64,000 bases of DNA from an uncultured delta proteobacterium (lineage in GTDB: Bacteria; Desulfobacterota; Binatia; UBA9968): the NCBI GenBank assembly GCA_963771465.1, contig CAVYTU010000008.1, positions 286,469 to 350,468 of the forward strand, written 5' to 3'. A program made the translations under genes and the position numbers. How positions within the stretch are numbered: position 1 is the stretch's first letter; every line of letters begins with the position of its first letter. Below, piece after piece: positions 10,238 to 20,290 of the stretch. Under the pieces are notes generated by a model that was not told the DNA's origin, searched no databases, and saw only the letters and a program-made list of their open reading frames with translations.

Positions 10238-10648
10238 ATGAAGTCATTGGCAATTTTACTCGCGTTGGTGTTTGCGTTCACCTTTACAGTCACTGTAACG
10301 GTGGCGAATCGAGCTTGGGCTGGCGGCGAAGCCGGACTTGACGATCATTCGCATGACGACGGGCCGTACTATTTTGGATTTGTCAAAGATAACTCTCGCA
10401 AGGCGATTCGCGACGCCAAGGTGACGGCAGAAATGAAAGGCCGGCCGTCCATCGTCACCCGTACCAATGCGGCCGGCTTCTATCGCATCCCTGGTTTTGG
10501 CAAAGACATCGCGCCGAACAACGTGAACGTCTCATGCGCGAAAGATGGCTACAAGCAGACCAAAGTGTTGGTAAAGACAGCCGCCACGAAAAAGCCGGTG
10601 ACGGCCATCGAGATCGAATGCACCATGCAGACGGTCGGGATCAAGTAG
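10238..10648 (+). CDS. Secreted carboxypeptidase-regulatory-like domain protein with His/Asp-rich N-terminus
   Basis: SD GGAGG; signal peptide; DDHSHDD; FGFVKD...DAKV...TNAAGFYRI; two Cys. Confidence 0.72.
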   Translation: MKSLAILLALVFAFTFTVTVTVANRAWAGGEAGLDDHSHDDGPYYFGFVKDNSRKAIRDAKVTAEMKGRPSIVTRTNAAGFYRIPGFGKDIAPNNVNVSCAKDGYKQTKVLVKTAATKKPVTAIEIECTMQTVGIK

Positions 10649-10686
10649 CATTGCAACATGCCGAGAATAACCCCTGTCTATCTGCC

Positions 10687-11733
10687 ATGCCGTCATCACG
10701 CGTCACTCCAGCGCAAGCGCAAATTCGGGCTATCCTCATCTCAAGATACGCTTTCGTCTGCGCGCTCGTTCTAATTCTCTGCGCCGGCGATCGTGTCGAC
10801 GTTGCGGCGCAAAACATTCCGCTCCGCTACGGCCAAGCGATCTCGGCGGCGAAAAGCATTTTCTCGCTGCCGATCTTTGTCGGCGAGCGCGAGGGCTTCT
10901 TTCGGCGCGAGGGATTGGACTTCAAAATTATCATTCCGATCCCCGGCGGTTCGGACAAAATGATCGATGCGCTGCACGACGATACCGTGGACATCACCCA
11001 CGTCGCCGTGCCGTTTTTGATCCGCGCCGCGCTCAACGGCTCTGACGCCGTTGCCATCGCTGCTGAATTTACCAATCCGATCTATAGTTTGGTCGCCAAG
11101 CCTGAAATAAAATCCTTCACCGATCTCAAAGGCAAGTTGCTCGGTCTCGCCGACGAAGCCGGCACGATCACAATCTCGACACGCAAACTACTCGCCTTGC
11201 ACGGCGTGCGTGCCGGCGATTTTCGCGTCAAGATCATCGAAGGCACGCCGACGCGCTGGAACTGCCTCAAACGCGGCGAATGCGACGCCGTGCCGCTCGG
11301 CCAGCCGCAGGACTTGATCGCGCAAAAGGAAGGATTTCGCGTGCTCGGTGTTTCCAACGACGCCGTGCCGGACTTTCTCTACACCGTCAGCGCCGTGCGG
11401 AAATCCTGGGCCGAAAAAAACCGCGACGCGGTGGTGCGCTACCTCCGCGGTCTCAGCGCGGCGTTCAAATTCATCCGCGACCCGGCGAACCGCAAAGCTG
11501 TCGTCAAAACCATCGTCGACACGACCGACACTCCCGCCGACATCGCGCAGCAAACCCTCGCACTATTCTTCGAGCCCGAACGCAACGTGCTGCCGAAGCA
11601 AGGCGAAATCAACCTCAAAGGGTTGCGCCAGGTGATCGCCTTCATGGGCGAAGCGGGATTGCTCAAACCGCCGCTGCCAGCGCCAGACCGCTTTGTCGAA
11701 TTGAAATATTTACAGACTGCCGGCGTGAAGTAG
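10687..11733 (+). CDS. ABC transporter substrate-binding protein (SsuA/THI5/NMT1 family)
   Basis: GFFRREGLD, IKSFTDLKGK, RGECDA; start uncertain. Confidence 0.82.
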   Translation: MPSSRVTPAQAQIRAILISRYAFVCALVLILCAGDRVDVAAQNIPLRYGQAISAAKSIFSLPIFVGEREGFFRREGLDFKIIIPIPGGSDKMIDALHDDTVDITHVAVPFLIRAALNGSDAVAIAAEFTNPIYSLVAKPEIKSFTDLKGKLLGLADEAGTITISTRKLLALHGVRAGDFRVKIIEGTPTRWNCLKRGECDAVPLGQPQDLIAQKEGFRVLGVSNDAVPDFLYTVSAVRKSWAEKNRDAVVRYLRGLSAAFKFIRDPANRKAVVKTIVDTTDTPADIAQQTLALFFEPERNVLPKQGEINLKGLRQVIAFMGEAGLLKPPLPAPDRFVELKYLQTAGVK

Positions 11734-11803
11734 GCGATTAGAGAGATCTGAATCGGCTACGAGCCATTCAGTTCACCTGTGGGAAATTGTATAGTCAAAG
11801 CTT

Positions 11804-12562
11804 ATGATTCCCTACCGCGACGAAAACGAAACCCAGCGCCTGGCGCTAGTCACCGGCGCCATCATCGCATTGAACATTTTCTCATGGCTGTTCGTCCAAG
11901 GCGCCGGTTCTGATCTCGCGCTGGCCAAGTCAGTATGCAATCTCGGACTCATTCCCGGTGAATTGACTGCGACCCTGCCGCCGGGAAGCCGCTTTCCACT
12001 CGGCGAAGGCGTCGCCTGCGTCACCGACCCCGGCCGTCAAGCGTCGCATTTAATCACCTCGATGTTTCTTCATGGCGGCTGGATGCATCTCTTAGGCAAC
12101 ATGTGGTTCCTATGGATTTTCGGCAACAACGTCGAAGACTCCATGGGTCACCTGCGCTTCATCGCTTTCTACCTGCTAACAGGATTGGCTGCTGCATTCG
12201 GTCAAGTCGTCACCAATCCCAATTCCATCATTCCCATGGTCGGCGCCTCGGGAGCGATCAGCGGCGTCATGGGCGCCTATCTGGTGCTTTATCCGCGAGT
12301 GAAAGTTTACGCGCTGATACCGATTTTCATCTTTTTCACTTCCGTCGCGCTGCCCGCTTGGGCCATGCTTGGCTACTGGTTTGTCATCCAGCTCCTCAGC
12401 GGATTGGTTTCGCCCGGGGAAATGGGCGGCGTCGCCTTCTGGGCGCATACCGGCGGTTTCATCGCCGGCGTAGTCCTAATCAAACTCTTCGCCCGCCAAG
12501 AGTACATCAAAGCCCACCGCGCCCATCACTGGCGCCCGCAGCGTGTCATGGGCGAGTGGTGA
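11804..12562 (+). CDS. Rhomboid intramembrane serine protease
   Basis: SMFLHGGWMHLLGNM, GASG (catalytic Ser), AHTGG (catalytic His). Confidence 0.93.
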   Translation: MIPYRDENETQRLALVTGAIIALNIFSWLFVQGAGSDLALAKSVCNLGLIPGELTATLPPGSRFPLGEGVACVTDPGRQASHLITSMFLHGGWMHLLGNMWFLWIFGNNVEDSMGHLRFIAFYLLTGLAAAFGQVVTNPNSIIPMVGASGAISGVMGAYLVLYPRVKVYALIPIFIFFTSVALPAWAMLGYWFVIQLLSGLVSPGEMGGVAFWAHTGGFIAGVVLIKLFARQEYIKAHRAHHWRPQRVMGEW

Positions 12563-12649
12563 GCGATCACGCGATTAGCACGCGTTGTCGCAACGACATA
12601 ACATTCGTCCGATGAACGAGGCAGGATAGCAGGTTGATGATGAACACCC

Positions 12650-13657
12650 TTAGTTTTTAAAAACTTTGTCGATAAAACCGCTCTTGTCCAACTCACGCAC
12701 GATGGACTCGTCGACCATGTCCTCGAAGCGTAGTTGCGCGCCGGGTTTGCGCGCGGTCGCTATCGCCTCGCGGATCTGAACTTCCACCCCGGGCCGGGTC
12801 ACCAGCGGCACCGCGTCGTAAAGTTTAGCGCTCGCCGTGTAGGCCGCTTCCAGATAATCCTCATTGTTAGTCCTTGCGTATTTCGCCATGATCTTCTTGC
12901 TCTCGACTTTGCGCGTTTTAACGAAGTGCACCGCTTCGATATGCGCCATGATTACTTTTCTGACGGTTTCTCGATTCTTCTGCAAGTAAACCTTCGTCGT
13001 CGCCGCGCAGATGTAGGGAAACTCAAAGCGCTGTTTAAAATCCGCCGTGCTGATGAGAATCCTGAAGGGCATCCCTTTAGTCAGATGAATGATGCCTGGA
13101 GGCGACGGGAAACCCGCGATGCGACCGACGCGAAACGCCGCGGCACGCTCCGACGATCCGCCGACTTGCATGATCGGCACTTGCTTGTCGGGCTCCAATC
13201 CCAAGCCGCGCAGCAGTGCCCGCGCCGCCACGTCGGAGGCGCTGCCGAGACGGCTGATGCCGATACTTTTGCCCTTCAGTTCCTCCGCCGATTTTATCGA
13301 TTCGTTGACGACCAACTCGTACGGCAAGGAATTGAGATAGCAGGAGACCATGGCGATCTGTGCGCCGGCCAACACCGCGTTCGCGATCGCACCTCCCGAC
13401 ACGTTGGCAGCATGGACATCGCCAGCCAGGAGACTCGTCAAACTGGTCGTCGTGCTGGGAATAAACAGCAGTTCGGCGTCTAGACCGTATTTCTTATAAA
13501 ACCCCAAATCCTGCGCCAGAAACCACACCGCATTGCTGGTCTCCAACGCACTGTGTGACAAGCGTATCTTCTCCTGGCCCAAAGCGTGGCCAAAAAGACC
13601 GGCCGTGACAAACAACAATAGACCGCTGAGAAGATTCATCGGCCGCGAAACTTTCAT
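12650..13657 (-). CDS. ABC transporter substrate-binding protein (SsuA/THI5/NMT1 family)
   Basis: Signal peptide; GFYKKYGLD, IKSAEELKGKSIGISRLGS. Confidence 0.85.
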   Translation of the reverse strand: MKVSRPMNLLSGLLLFVTAGLFGHALGQEKIRLSHSALETSNAVWFLAQDLGFYKKYGLDAELLFIPSTTTSLTSLLAGDVHAANVSGGAIANAVLAGAQIAMVSCYLNSLPYELVVNESIKSAEELKGKSIGISRLGSASDVAARALLRGLGLEPDKQVPIMQVGGSSERAAAFRVGRIAGFPSPPGIIHLTKGMPFRILISTADFKQRFEFPYICAATTKVYLQKNRETVRKVIMAHIEAVHFVKTRKVESKKIMAKYARTNNEDYLEAAYTASAKLYDAVPLVTRPGVEVQIREAIATARKPGAQLRFEDMVDESIVRELDKSGFIDKVFKN

Positions 13658-13735
13658 AGGTCCTCCTTTTGAGAGCTGCGCTGTGGACCGTAACCAAGAT
13701 GGTTTGAGTGTTGTACTTAACTGGTAAAGAATCCT

Positions 13736-14047
13736 CTAGCGCCACGCGGCATCGCTTGGAATAATATTCTTGCCGAAACGGCGTTCCGCCGGCGCCGCGA
13801 TCCAGTCTTTGGTTTTCTCCGCGTAGTACTTGAAATGCGGCGACTCGCGATGCGCCGCTAGCGCTGCCTCGTCCCTGTAGACCTCGTAAAAATAGAAACG
13901 GTACGGATCATCGCGGTCCTGGATAACATCGAAGCGCAAACAGCCCGGCTCATCCTTTTCGGAATGCTCCGCGTCGTGGCGCACCACGTCCAAAAACTCC
14001 CCGACGTGTTCCGGTTTCACTTGAATCGTGACATGCAGAATCACCAT
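13736..14047 (-). CDS. Antibiotic biosynthesis monooxygenase (ABM/LsrG-like) protein
   Basis: EPGCLRFDV, FYEVYRDEAALAAHRESPHF. Confidence 0.88.
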   Translation of the reverse strand: MVILHVTIQVKPEHVGEFLDVVRHDAEHSEKDEPGCLRFDVIQDRDDPYRFYFYEVYRDEAALAAHRESPHFKYYAEKTKDWIAAPAERRFGKNIIPSDAAWR

Positions 14048-14187
14048 GGCGCCTCCTTATTTAATTCGGATTATTCACAATCCAACAGGTTTCTTTGGAT
14101 ATTTAGGAACCGACACCAAGCTTCGGCCAATGATTCCGTTAAACTAAGTCCGTCTCTGTGGCACATAGCAAACTATCGTTTAGCGAG

Positions 14188-14832
14188 ATGGACGCAAGAA
14201 CACAAACAAATTTCTGGGACCGTCGTATCGTTCCCGCGGCCGCACTGACCGTCTACTTCATCGGTTGCTCGCTCCTTCTCCACCCGTATGACAACCTGCC
14301 CTTTGTAGACGATTGAGCCTACGCGTGGAGCGTCGAACAACTGCTGAAGACCAGAGAGCTACGTATTTCCGACTGGTCGGCTCACTATCCGCTTGCGCAG
14401 ATTGCATGGGATATCTGTTCCGTTTGCCCTTCGGTTTTTCCTTTACCGCGCTGCGGGTCTCGACTGTGGTACTGTCCCTTTTGTCAGCCTCGCCAATATT
14501 GCGTTTTTCTTTACCCTTGGCATCTGCCGGACCGCGCAAGGTATCTGTGGCTGGGGAGCGAGGATCGTTTCACGCGACGCTGTTCGTCGAACGGTTTTGC
14601 ATAGTCTCTGGTGCTTGAAACGGTGCAGTCTGCCATTCGCGCATGGATCACACCGTTCTTAACCGGGCGCAAATTTACGGGCTGCGTCAATCTGCTGACG
14701 AGAGCCTTCGAGAGGTTTACGCGATCGCTTGGCTTTGAGCCGCCCGGCCTGTTCCGTCCCGAGCTTCCACCTATTCGGAAGCAAGGCGAGGCCTCCTACG
14801 GGTTGTTCGTGCTTCTTAGTCTCGTCGTTTAG
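14188..14832 (+). pseudogene. Degraded GT-C (ArnT/PMT-like) glycosyltransferase gene
   Basis: From ATG 14188: ...HPYDNLPFVDD*AYAWSVEQLLKTRELRISDWSAHYPLAQIAW, with TGA at 14314-14316 where W is expected. A frameshift then leads into GYLFRLPFGFSFTALRVSTVVL. The 3' extent is uncertain. Confidence 0.6.
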
Positions 14833-14892
14833 ACATGTCGATTTTTCGATTACTTATATAAATCAAAAGCTTGCGTACCCAGCATCCATTTT

Positions 14893-15034
14893 ACAGCTCT
14901 AGAGGTTTGTGTAGACAGCTGTTTTCGCAGGCCTGGATAAGCTGTATCAAATTAGTAAATCAGCTCTCCACCTATTGCAATGCAGCTGGTTGGCTGATAG
15001 AAAGACAGCTCTTAAATAGAATGTTTAGAGCTGA
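14893..15034. repeat. Array of seven palindromic AGCT-core octamers (consensus ACAGCT[G/C]T) at 22-23 bp period
   Basis: AGCT starts at 14895, 14917, 14940, 14962, 14984, 15007 and 15029; spacers are unrelated to each other; the array ends 17 nt before the ATG at 15052. Confidence 0.85.
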
Positions 15035-15051
15035 CGGCGAAAGATCGTAGG

Positions 15052-16162
15052 ATGAAACTTACTTTTCCTGTCATAAGAGGAAGCATGGGTAGGCGAGAGT
15101 ATTATTCGCTCCTGGTTCCGCTTTCAGAGATTCCTCATTTATTCAAATTTAACGATTGGGCAGGATGTACTCCGGAATTGCAGGCGCAAAGGGTGCTGAA
15201 TAAGGCAAGGGTTCCGGATATCACGAACTACATACTTGAAAATGATGATGGGTTTTTGTTTTCATCTATCACCGCTTCCTACTCTTGTCCCGTAAAGTTC
15301 ACCTCTTCAGCAGAGTACGCCGACGTTGGCACTTTAGAGATGGACTTCGAAAACCTGGAGCTTATTATCAACGATGGCCAGCATCGGTGCGCGGCGATTG
15401 CTGCGGCACTCAAAGAGAATCCTGCGCTTGGGAAGGAAAAAATCTCGGTGCTTCTCTTTGAGACGGAAAGTATGGAACGGCTTCAGCAGATGTTCTCAGA
15501 TTTAAATCGATTCGTGCAGCAGACGTCAAAATCGCTAGGGATGCTCTATGATCGTCGAGATAACCTTTCCGCGCTCACAATGGAGTTGGCCGAGCAGGTC
15601 GACGTATTCCGAGACATGGTGGAGAAAGAGAAAGTAACGATTCCGCGGAGGTCTCCCAAGCTTTTTACCATCTCGGCTTTATACGAAGCGAATGAAGAAT
15701 TGCTGGGTAAAAAAATCGCTGAACAGGGATCACCGGTGTACGGAGAGATTCTCAAGACGGCTGTCGATTACTGGACAGAGCTTTCGCAGATCATTGGTGA
15801 CTGGCAAAAAGTCAAAAATGGCGAACTTAGCGCTTCCGAACTCCGCCAAGAGAAGATCAATACTCATGCGGTTGTTTTGCGTGCGCTCGGAGGGCGTTGG
15901 CAAAACGTTGCTCGAAAAATATCCTGAGAACTGGCGGGGAAAACTCAAACTTCTCGAAAGGCTTGATTGGCGGAAAACCGTAGATAGTAGCGCGAATCCT
16001 CTGTGGGATGCCGTGTGTATCACCGCGGGTTCAGTCGTCTCCAACAGACAGGCACGAGCAGCTACTTTCGCGGTCTTGTTACGAGAAATCGGCGAATCGC
16101 CAAACGGAAAAGTGACACACAAAGAATCTGCGGAGGTGACTAGTGCGCAGGCGACTGAATAA
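15052..16162 (+). CDS. dndB: DndB-like DGQHR-domain protein, frameshift near 15895
   Basis: FPVIRGSMGRREYY, QRVLNKARVP, FSSITAS, INDGQHR, QQMFSDLN, KLFTISALY. The C-terminus continues in ORF 15692-16162 (GVGKTLLEKYPENW...DWRK...W). Confidence 0.8.
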
Positions 16163-16226
16163 TCGAAACCACCGTAAAAATTCTACCGTTGCCGATCGGC
16201 AGGGAGCTGCCGGGGGCGCTCTCAGC

Positions 16227-18118
16227 GTGGTTAGTGCCGATGCTGCGGAGGATCGATCTACAACTCGCCTGTGGCAGTTACTTCCAACTGCATGGAACTT
16301 AATCCGACCCTACTGGTCCTCGGAGGACCGCTGGGCGGCGTGGGGGCTGCTCGTCGTCGTGGTCGGACTCACCCTCGGGATGGTTCATATCAGTGTGCTC
16401 TTTAGTTATTGGAATAAAGCATTCTTCAGCGCCCTTGAGAATAGAGACCAAACCGCCTTTCTCCATCAACTGCTCCGCGTGTCGTGGCTAATCGGTATCT
16501 ATCATCGTCTTCGCCGTCTATCAGCTTTACCTGAATCAGATGCTCGAGATCCGCTGGCGGCGCTGGCTTACCGAGCGATACCTTCGCGCTTGGCTGGCCG
16601 ATGGAGCTTATTATCGGATGCAGCTCGACGCGCGTGACACCGACAATCCCGACCAACGCATCGCTGAAGACGTTCACCTGCTGGTTTCCCATACCCTCAC
16701 TCTTCTTATGGGAGGATTGCGGGCGGTGGTGTCGATGGCTGCTTTTATGGGAATCCTCTGGTCGCTCTCCGGGACGTTCACGGTCCCGCTTGGCTGGTTC
16801 TCTCTCAGTTTGCCGGGCTACATGGTGTGGGCGGCCATGTTATACGCTATCGGCGGGACTTGGCTCACCGACCGGATCGGTCGCCCACTCGTGGGCCTAA
16901 ATTTCGACAAGCAGCGTTGTGAAGCCGACTTCCGGTTCAGCCTAGTGCGCTTTCGCGAGAACGCCGAGGGAGTCGCGCTCTACCGCGGCGAGGCGGACGA
17001 GTTACGTTCTTTCCGCGAACGGTTCGAAGCGGTAGTGACCAATTGGTGGGGCATCATGCGCCGACATAAGCGGTTGACTTGCTTCACTTCAGGCTACGGC
17101 CAAGGGGCCTGGATTTTCCCGTCCGTCATGGCGGCGCCGCGTTACTTCCGAGGCGAGATTGCGCTCGGAGGGCTCATGCAGACGATCGGGGCTTTCAGCC
17201 AGCTACAGGATTCGCTAAGCTTTTTTATCGACTCTTATAAAGTGATTGCTGAATGGTGCTCGGTGGTCGAGAGGCTCTCCGGGTTCGAACGCGCACTCGA
17301 GCACGTGCTGATTCAGGCGGCGAATGGCGGAGGCGTCCGCAGTCGATGAGCGGCCAGCGGCTCATTTAGCTGTAGAGGGTGTGGATCTCCATCTGCCTAG
17401 TGGTCAGCCGCTCATCGCCAATGTGAATCTCTCGCTCCAGAGCGGCGACACAGTACTCCTAGGGGGAGCTTCGGGATGCGGCAAGAGTACGCTGGTTCGT
17501 GCCATGGCGGGAATTTGGCCTTTTGGCCAGTGGCGAGATCCGCCGACCGCGTCGGCGCGCGGGTCCTCTTTCTTCCGCAGAGACCTTACCTGCCGATCGG
17601 TACACTTCGGGAAGTGGTGAGTTACCCGATGCCAACGGGTGGGTGTGATGACGCGATACTGCGTGAGGCGCTACTGGCCGTCGGGCTCCCTGGGTTCGCC
17701 GAACGGCTTAGCGAGGCTGGCCATTGGGCGCTCCAACTTTCCCCCGGCGAACAGCAGCGCATCGCCTTTGCCCGCGCGCTGGTACAGAAGCCCGAGTGGC
17801 TGTTCCTTGATGAGGCGACCTCGGCAGTCGACGAGGCTACAGAGGCGCGTCTTGTATCGACTGGTGCGCGAGCGGCTTGCCGGCACGACTGTATTCAGCA
17901 TCGGTCATCGGGCGACATTGCGTGCGTTCCACGCTCGCCAGCTTTTGGTGCGGGCCAACGGGGCAGGGACCTTCCTCGATCGTAGAAGTGACCGCCGTGC
18001 CGGAATCGGCTCGAAGCAATTCCGCCACTTCCGATGCACGACAAAGTCGCTGCAATGGCTGGGTAATAATCGCGACCGAACTATAACGTCTAACGATCTC
18101 CGGTCGTTACCACGTTAA
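16227..18118 (+). CDS. YddA/BacA-like (ABCD-type) fused ABC permease/ATPase, several frameshifts
   Basis: PYWSSEDRW, IRWRRWLT, DNPDQRIAED, EADFRFSLVRFRENAE, Walker A GASGCGKST, LSPGEQQR, LDEATSA spread over ORFs 16143, 16540, 17324, 17476 and 17639; ends approximate. Confidence 0.82.
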
Positions 18119-18411
18119 TGAAATCCGTCGAGATATGCGACGATAAGTGTATTTGAATGCTTAGGCGTGCGGCTGGCTCTAAATGTTACTGAGCACTTCT
18201 CAAGATCTTTCCCCGAGCATCTGATCGCGCAGTCACACTGATATTCAGGCAGGCGTTGGGTGCAGTTGTTTTGCCAAAGCACTGTGCTCGTACCTTGCGC
18301 GTGACAGTTTTCGCAAATATTCAAAAACTCTCTCCCGGCAATCCAGCTTTGAAACATTGACTGGAGGGTTTTACAATGTCCCCAGCCCATCAGCCAATCT
18401 GAAGTTGGAGG

Positions 18412-20124
18412 TCAAGGCGGAAGTTGGATGCCTGCCTTCGCGTACGATTCTTCAAGCTTTGCCAAACCTTCTCTATCTTCGGTGAGATCGTAGACAAAAA
18501 TAGAGTATCCGATCTTGGCTATCGGCTGTCGCGTCCACAACCAGCGAAATAGCGGGTAATAAGCGGTCGAAACATCTTGCAAGTTGTAAACGCTGATTGC
18601 CAGAATTTTGCGCGGGGCTGTGGCCGGAACTTTGTCCGCGGGCGGCGGCCATTCTAAAGGCCACGCTCCGGGCACGTATTGATAACGAATGCCGTAATAG
18701 GATGGAGGAGCGGTACCGAAGTATGACAAATAGATCATCGGAAGATTGTTTTTATCGATATAGGCCTTGAGGCCTTCCAGGTCCTGGCCCCAGTCGAGAT
18801 TCGAATCGCTCAGGTAGCGATAACCTTCTTCGGGTCCCCCAACGAGTTCATTGAAGTAAGCCAGCTGATGCGGTGCAACCCGGAGCGAAGAGATAGCCGT
18901 CAAGACCACTGGGATCCCGATAAGCACGGGTGCGAGCCAGGGGCGGTGGAGTCGGACCGTTGCAAGTCGCGACGCGAGGACGAACAAAAGGGGATACACA
19001 GGAAGAAGATGGCGCAGACCGATACTGATCTTCGACTGGGTCATAACGGTAAAGAAAATGACCACTGGCAAGAGAAGAACAATGGCGTCACGCCGCCTGA
19101 GAGGAGATCCGGCTCTATAAAATGCAAAGGACGCAAATATTAGAGCAAGACTGCCGATTGGCGTCTTGATTAGAAAAGAGATTATGAAATAGCTCCACCA
19201 GCCCTGGTAGGAATATTCTCCCAAGAAAAAAGCCAGCAGGCCTGCTTGGGCCAAACTTAAAAACTCAAAAAGGCCGGATAGCCACGGCTGAAATCCCTGA
19301 AAAAAGTAAGCTGACGGAACCGTAAGGAAGGCAAGAAAAAGTATGAGAGAAAAGACCGCTGCTGCCTGAAAGAGCTTGTGCCGTAGCTCGTCTTCATTCT
19401 GTTTTAAGGGCAAGAGAGTATAAGGGTTCCGATCGATTATAAGAGGTAGAGCAACGATCAAAGCGAGGGTGGGAATAAGGAGAATCGCTGAATATTTAGA
19501 GAGTAAGGCCATGCCTGTAGAAATGCCGGTGGCGACCAGAACCCACCATCGGGGTGAATTGAGATACTCCCAGAGAAGGTAGAGAGCCAAGAAAATAAAT
19601 AGAGTGACGCCGATGTCGGTAGTTATGAGAGAGGAATGCGCGATGAGAATCGGCTCCAAAGACGCAAGCGCCATGGCCAGCATCGCTGCGCGATTACCCC
19701 AAAGTCGGTAGGCCCACCATCCGGTGAGCACTAAGAGGACGCCGCCGAGAAACAAATTAGGCAAGCGACTCAGAGCAAGGATTCGATCAGCCGGAACTGC
19801 GGATTTGTACAGGAAGTCACGCCCAATGAGATAACCATATCGGTCGTGCCAGAGTTGTGGATCGGGATTGAAAGGGAGCCGATGGACTAGAAAGAGCGGG
19901 AGTGCGAAAAGCTCTTTGAGCAGCGGCGGGTTTTGCGGCTCGAGGCGAAAGTCTTTCTTTGTAAGATAGGAGTACCCTGCAGCGAGATGCATGGCCTCGT
20001 CAACCGTTTGAGAGTTGGCGCGAATGAAGAAAGTTCCCTGCACGAAAAAACCGAGCAGTATCAATACCGCTCCAATGAGCGCGGATTTAGTTGTGAATGA
20101 AATCAAAGTACTCGTGCATGCCAT
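18412..20124 (-). CDS. GT-C fold glycosyltransferase (ArnT/PMT, GT39/GT83-like), copy 1
   Basis: TVDEAMH, NPPLLK, HSSLITTD, SKYSA, LSDSNLDWGQDL; multiple TM segments. Confidence 0.85.
   Translation of the reverse strand: MACTSTLISFTTKSALIGAVLILLGFFVQGTFFIRANSQTVDEAMHLAAGYSYLTKKDFRLEPQNPPLLKELFALPLFLVHRLPFNPDPQLWHDRYGYLIGRDFLYKSAVPADRILALSRLPNLFLGGVLLVLTGWWAYRLWGNRAAMLAMALASLEPILIAHSSLITTDIGVTLFIFLALYLLWEYLNSPRWWVLVATGISTGMALLSKYSAILLIPTLALIVALPLIIDRNPYTLLPLKQNEDELRHKLFQAAAVFSLILFLAFLTVPSAYFFQGFQPWLSGLFEFLSLAQAGLLAFFLGEYSYQGWWSYFIISFLIKTPIGSLALIFASFAFYRAGSPLRRRDAIVLLLPVVIFFTVMTQSKISIGLRHLLPVYPLLFVLASRLATVRLHRPWLAPVLIGIPVVLTAISSLRVAPHQLAYFNELVGGPEEGYRYLSDSNLDWGQDLEGLKAYIDKNNLPMIYLSYFGTAPPSYYGIRYQYVPGAWPLEWPPPADKVPATAPRKILAISVYNLQDVSTAYYPLFRWLWTRQPIAKIGYSIFVYDLTEDREGLAKLEESYAKAGIQLPP
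18431..19007. repeat. Direct repeat of about 577 bp, copy 1 (3' part of GT-C gene)
   Basis: Near-identical to 20310-20886 (offset 1879); four mismatches seen by eye. Confidence 0.92.
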
Positions 20125-20290
20125 GTGGGTAAATGGGGCTCACGTCTCCGACTGGTCCGCCCATAGTACATTGATCAGTTGTGGAAAACTTGGTTCTGTT
20201 TGCCCCACTCGATTGAAAACGGCAACATGGCTCTGTCGAGCAGGTAATGTTTGCGTCAATGCTCGATCGCTAAAAACCAGCAACGAGAAC

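Noticed and set aside
14893-15034. AGCT array as a mini-CRISPR
   Set aside because: The 8-bp degenerate repeats and 14-15 bp spacers are far too short and no cas genes are present; kept as an operator-like array instead.
18115-18390. Cys-rich 91-aa minus-strand ORF downstream of the GT-C genes as a RiPP-like peptide
   Set aside because: No convincing SD, leader or family motif; probably a spurious intergenic ORF.
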